DNA of 64,000 nucleotides from positions 394,940,001 to 395,004,000 of the forward strand of contig OZ024741.1 of the NCBI GenBank assembly GCA_964016885.1, read 5' to 3'. Below are positions 53,330-64,000 of the stretch, in pieces. The first letter of the stretch is position 1. Every line of letters starts with the position of its first letter. The notes beneath the pieces were generated by a model. That model worked only from the letters and a program-made list of their open reading frames with translations. It was not told the DNA's origin and did not search any database. The translations under genes and the position numbers were made by a program. Source of the DNA: Eledone cirrhosa. Its lineage: Eukaryota.

Positions 53330-55543
53330 TCAGGAGGGAAGCTAGGAGACAAGTGTACTTAGCAAGAAGGGAAGCAGAGGAAAGAAAGTTCAAGTATGTT
53401 CTACAACGCGAGGACCAAAAACGTGAGGTGTTCAGGATTACTAGGCAATGCGCCAAGGAAAACCGTGATATTGTCGGGGAGAAGTGTGTACTAAACGATG
53501 ATGGCATACTTGCCATCACCGACGCTGATAAGAAGGTAGCTTGGAAGTGTCACTATGAAAGGCTACTAAATGAGGAGAATAAATGGGAGAAAGACAGTCT
53601 CCCCCATATCGACCCAATAGAGGGACCAGCAGCGTTAGTCGAGGGGAGTATAATAAGTAAGGCAATCAAGGATATGAAGACGGGTAAGGCGGCTGGGCCT
53701 TCGGTAATAGTTGCTGAGATGCTGAAGGCATCTGGCACGGTGGGACACACCATGGTCACCCGCATAGTTAACCAAGTCGTACAGAATGGGGTTGTTCCGA
53801 AGGACTGGCATAGCAGCATCATCGTTAACTGTTATAAGGGTAAAGGAGACGCCCTAGATAGGAGTAACTATAGAGGCATTAAATTAATCGACCAGGTCAT
53901 GAAGGTCACGGAAAAAGTAATAGCGCAACTAATCAGAGAGAGAATTGACCTAGATGAAATGCAGTTCGGGTTTGTGTCGGGCAAAAGTACCACAGACGCT
54001 CTTTTCATAGTACGACAACTACAGGAGAAGTACCTAGCTAAAGGTAAACCCCTCTACTTAGCTTTTGTCGACTTGGAGAAAGCCTTCGACAGAGTCCCCT
54101 GCTCCATTATCTGGTGGGCTCTTAGAAAACTAGGCGTTGACGAATGGCTTGTGAGGGCTATACAAGCCATGTATAAAGAAACAGTCAGCAAGGTTAGAAT
54201 TAACAACGAATATAGTGAAGAGTTTAGCGTAAAAGTTGGCGTCCATCAGGGCTCTGTTCTCAGCCCCCTACTATTTATTATTGCCCTTCAGGCTATAACA
54301 GAGGAGTTCAAGACCGGCTGCCCATGGGAACTCCTATACACAGACGACCTGACACTCATAGCGGAATCAATGGCCGAGCTAGAGAAGAAATTCCAAACAA
54401 GGAAGCACGGCCTAGAGTCAAAAGGACTTAAAATTAACCTGGCTAAGACTAAAGTTGTAGTTTGTAGGAAAGAAAACAAGGCGGCGGTCCCTTCTGGGAA
54501 ATGGTCGTGCTCGGTGTGTAGGAAAGGCGTAGGTAGAAACTCCATTTTATGTCCTAAATGCAAAGTATGGGTGCATAAAAGATGTAGTGGGATCACAGGT
54601 AAGCTAACTAAGAACATAGATTTTACATGTGGCCGGTGTTCTGGTGCAATAAGTAGCAGCAAGTGCCCACTAAATACTAGCTCTTTCAATTGCGCAGAGG
54701 GTTCTATAGAAATAGTGGACAGCTTCCGTTACCTGGGCGATAAAATCAGCAGTGGGGGAGGGTGCTCTGAAAGTACAGTAGCTAGAGTCAGAACTGGTTA
54801 GAAAAAGTTCAGAGAGCTTATACCACTATTAGCTGCTAAAGTTCTCCCTAAAAATGAAAGGCAGGTTGTACGATGCCTGCATACGAACAGCAATGTTGCA
54901 TGGCAGTGAGACCTGGGCATTGTGTGCAGAGGATATACGCAGACTAGAGAGGAACGAAGCTTGCATGCTCCGCTGGATGTGTAACAGTAATATACGTGAA
55001 CGGCAAAGCATAAACGAACTAAGGAAAAAATTAGAAATAAGAGGGATCAGATGTTGTTTACTCGAGAGAAGGCTACGTTGGTATGGACACGTGATGCGCA
55101 TGAAAGTCGATAGCTGTATAACAAAGTGCAGGGCAATAAAGATAGACGGTAGCCACGGAATAGGCAGACCTAGAAAAACCTGGGACGAGCTGATAAACTC
55201 CGACCTCACACACTTACACCTCTCCAAGACAATGTCACTGGACCGAGACCTTTGGCGGTACTCAGTAATAGAGAAGACCCGCCTTGCCAGTAGGCATCTC
55301 TAACAAAATACACCCCGTCCCACCACCACCACCCCCACCCCATCCACACCACCCCGTTCTATGTAAAGTTATCTTGGTGCCGCGCCATCCAGGCCGAAAC
55401 AAATGAGATCGTGTAGGTGTCACGACAAAAAAACACACAGTCCACGCTGTAATGTGGCCGTGTAGGCAACACAGTAAAAACCTCCCAGACCCACACTGTA
55501 AATGTGGTTGGTGTTAGGAAGGGCATCCAACTGTAGAAAACCT
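53330..55543 (+). mobile_element. RTE LINE RT region, truncated at both ends by TA tracts
   Basis: Nearly identical to 15538-17780. Catalytic motif reads YTDD; stop at 54799-54801 followed by a frameshift. Confidence 0.94.
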
Positions 55544-60438
<4,895 letters not shown>

Positions 60439-60845
60439 GAGATGACCACTTAGCCTTTGTCAAGGCAGAATTCTAGGAGAAGGAAAACTCTGATATAACA
60501 CCTGCAACCCTGATGGTATCCAATGATGTTGACTTGTTCTTCTTTTTGGTAAATATCATCTTGATTAAGAGAGTGGGACTGGCTTTGTGCAGTGCCTTTG
60601 CTCACTATAAAAGCTTCACGGCACAGGCATTGCTTTATATCTGGAGATCTCTCTGCACTTGTCGTCACATGGTACCAAAGGCAAAGCACTATGTGTCGAT
60701 AATTGTCACAAGTGTAGTGTTTGTACCAGAGTTTTCAAGTCGCTGGCTGGACTAAAAAGTCACACTCGTTCAGCGCATCGGTAGGGGTTCTCCTACATGG
60801 ATATAAAGTAGTGGCCGTACTTGAAAACGAGTTGGCAGCCACCAT
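60439..60845 (+). mobile_element. 3' fragment of a different RTE/BovB-like LINE with a C-terminal C2H2 finger
   Basis: [23 protein letters not shown] at about 60713-60784, then a short UTR running into a TA tract. Confidence 0.6.
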
Positions 60846-60852
60846 ATATATG

Positions 60853-60963
<111 letters not shown>

Positions 60964-61000
60964 GTATATATATATGTATATATATATGTATATATATATG

Positions 61001-61163
<163 letters not shown>

Positions 61164-61229
61164 GTTATTCCGGGTTGAATCGGAGGTAACCACAGTAAGT
61201 AAGGTACTCAATACATAGCAGAGTATAAC

Positions 61230-61365
61230 AGTTTTAATATAGAAGAGATTCTACAGGAGTAGAACTGTTTCATTCATTAGAAATCATCAGGAATCTCAGA
61301 GATTCCTGATGATTTCTAATGAATGAAACAGTTCTAGTCCTGTAGAATCTCTTCTATATTAAAAC

Positions 61366-61366
<1 letters not shown>
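61230..61366. repeat. 137-bp palindrome made of two back-to-back HHRs
   Basis: Centre at 61298; HHR at 61245-61297 (-) and 61299-61351 (+). Confidence 0.93.
61299..61351 (+). ncRNA. Type I hammerhead ribozyme motif
   Basis: gagattc-CTGATGA-tttc(taat)gaat-GAAA-cag(ttctagtc)ct-GTA-gaatctc; 7-bp stem I; GUA triplet; weak stem II. Confidence 0.82.
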
Positions 61367-61446
<80 letters not shown>

Positions 61447-61457
61447 GTATATATATG

Positions 61458-61533
<76 letters not shown>

Positions 61534-61534
<1 letters not shown>

Positions 61535-61979
61535 GTAAAATAAAGTTAAATAAAAGTCAAATGATTAAAATTTAGCTTCGTTTATTACTGCTATATATAT
61601 TTCAGTGACAGCCATCTTTGGCTGTGACCTCTTCAGGCAGTTTGAATTAGTATGGTATAGACAAGTACATATGTTGTTTAGGTGTATGATATTGTCAATA
61701 CTCTGATATGCCCAGTTCCTTGCTGGGTTGTTAATTCACTGGGGAACTGGAGTCATATGACTCCAGTTCCCCAGTGAATTAACAACCCAGCAAGGAACTG
61801 GGCATATCAGAGTATTGACAATATCATACACCTAAACAACATATGTACTTGTCTATACCATACTAATTCAAACTGCCTGAAGAGGTCACAGCCAAAGATG
61901 GCTGTCACTGAAATATATATAGCAGTAATAAACGAAGCTAAATTTTAATCATTTGACTTTTATTTAACTTTATTTTACA
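61534..61979. repeat. 446-bp spacerless palindrome with a divergent HHR pair
   Basis: Centre gtcat|atgac at 61756/61757; HHR at 61587-61641 (-) and 61872-61926 (+). Confidence 0.95.
61872..61926 (+). ncRNA. Type I hammerhead ribozyme motif
   Basis: actgc-CTGAAGA-ggtcacagcca(aaga)tggctgtcact-GAAA-tatata-TA-gcagt. Confidence 0.87.
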
Positions 61980-62074
61980 CTACTCCGGAGTAACCAAACC
62001 AACCTGCGCACTTCGTCGAGTGCTCCAGCCTGCATACTGAGGTGTTGGTATACAACCAACATAAACTCAAAATC

Positions 62075-62919
<845 letters not shown>

Positions 62920-63004
62920 AAAGTTATATTTAAAATTGTTGGGTTACAACTAGTAAATATTTATAACTGATATAAAAGCACTCGACAAATACTTGGAGTA
63001 TATT

Positions 63005-63379
63005 TACAATATTAAATAAATGGAAAACTATATTTATAAAACCATATTTATTTCATTATATATATTTCGGGGATATCATATTAACAATATGCTATGCCTT
63101 CATCAGACAAAATACAATATAAACAGTTTTATAGATAAATATATTCGACATACCGTAATAAACATGAACTTCATTTGAAGAGGTTCACTCTAGCAGTGAA
63201 CCTCTTCAAATGAAGTTGATGTTTATTACGGTATGTCGAATATATTTATCTATAAAACTGTTTATATTGTATTTTGTCTGATGAAGGCATAGCATATTGT
63301 TAATATGATATCCCCGAAATATATATAATGAAATAAATATGGTTTTATAAATATAGTTTTCCATTTATTTAATATTGTA
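63005..63379. repeat. 375-bp palindrome (5-nt spacer) with a divergent HHR pair
   Basis: Spacer ctagc at 63190-63194; HHR at 63049-63104 (-) and 63280-63335 (+). Confidence 0.94.
63280..63335 (+). ncRNA. Type I hammerhead ribozyme motif
   Basis: tattttgt-CTGATGA-[imperfect hairpin aggcatagcatatt..aatatgatatcccc]-GAAA-tatata-TA-atgaaata; stem I includes G-U pairs. Confidence 0.8.
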
Positions 63380-63404
63380 TATGTATATATATATATATAT
63401 ATGT

Positions 63405-63578
<174 letters not shown>

Positions 63579-63601
63579 GTATATATATATGTATATATAT
63601 G

Positions 63602-63650
<49 letters not shown>

Positions 63651-63677
63651 GTATATATATATGTATATATATATATG

Positions 63678-63726
<49 letters not shown>

Positions 63727-63731
63727 GTATG

Positions 63732-63762
<31 letters not shown>

Positions 63763-63787
63763 GTATGTATATATATATATATGTATG

Positions 63788-63824
<37 letters not shown>

Positions 63825-63829
63825 GTATG

Positions 63830-63860
<31 letters not shown>

Positions 63861-63865
63861 GTATG

Positions 63866-63896
<31 letters not shown>

Positions 63897-64000
63897 GTAT
63901 ATATATATGTATATATATATGTATATATATATGTATATATATATATATGTATATATATATGTATATATATATGTATATGTATATGTATATGTATATATAT

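Overview
AT-rich animal genomic DNA. The SINE types, RTE load and huge TA microsatellites suggest an octopus or other coleoid cephalopod; this is inference. The window holds seven + strand GT-AG exons (939 nt, 313 codons, phases compatible) from the middle of a glycogen synthase gene. The next exon was not found, so 38456-64000 appears to be a single intron of more than 25 kb. The introns are packed with mobile DNA: a CR1-type LINE, about 15 RTE LINE pieces, Tx1-like and CRE-like fragments, tRNA-derived SINEs, one full-length but broken autonomous Helitron, two non-autonomous Helitrons and kilobase (TA)n/(TATG)n tracts. The standout signal is a set of fold-back palindromes (about 100-1100 bp), mostly inside TA microsatellites. 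Most carry a divergent pair of type I hammerhead-ribozyme (HHR) motifs, from at least five sequence-distinct families. One family is physically linked to a GIY-YIG ORF, which ties the set to Penelope-like elements (PLEs). Several families also share a TACTCC...GAGT(G/A)C motif downstream of the ribozyme, and one repeat has hammerhead core pieces in a non-canonical, pseudoknot-like order. All structures were paired by eye and TE boundaries are approximate.
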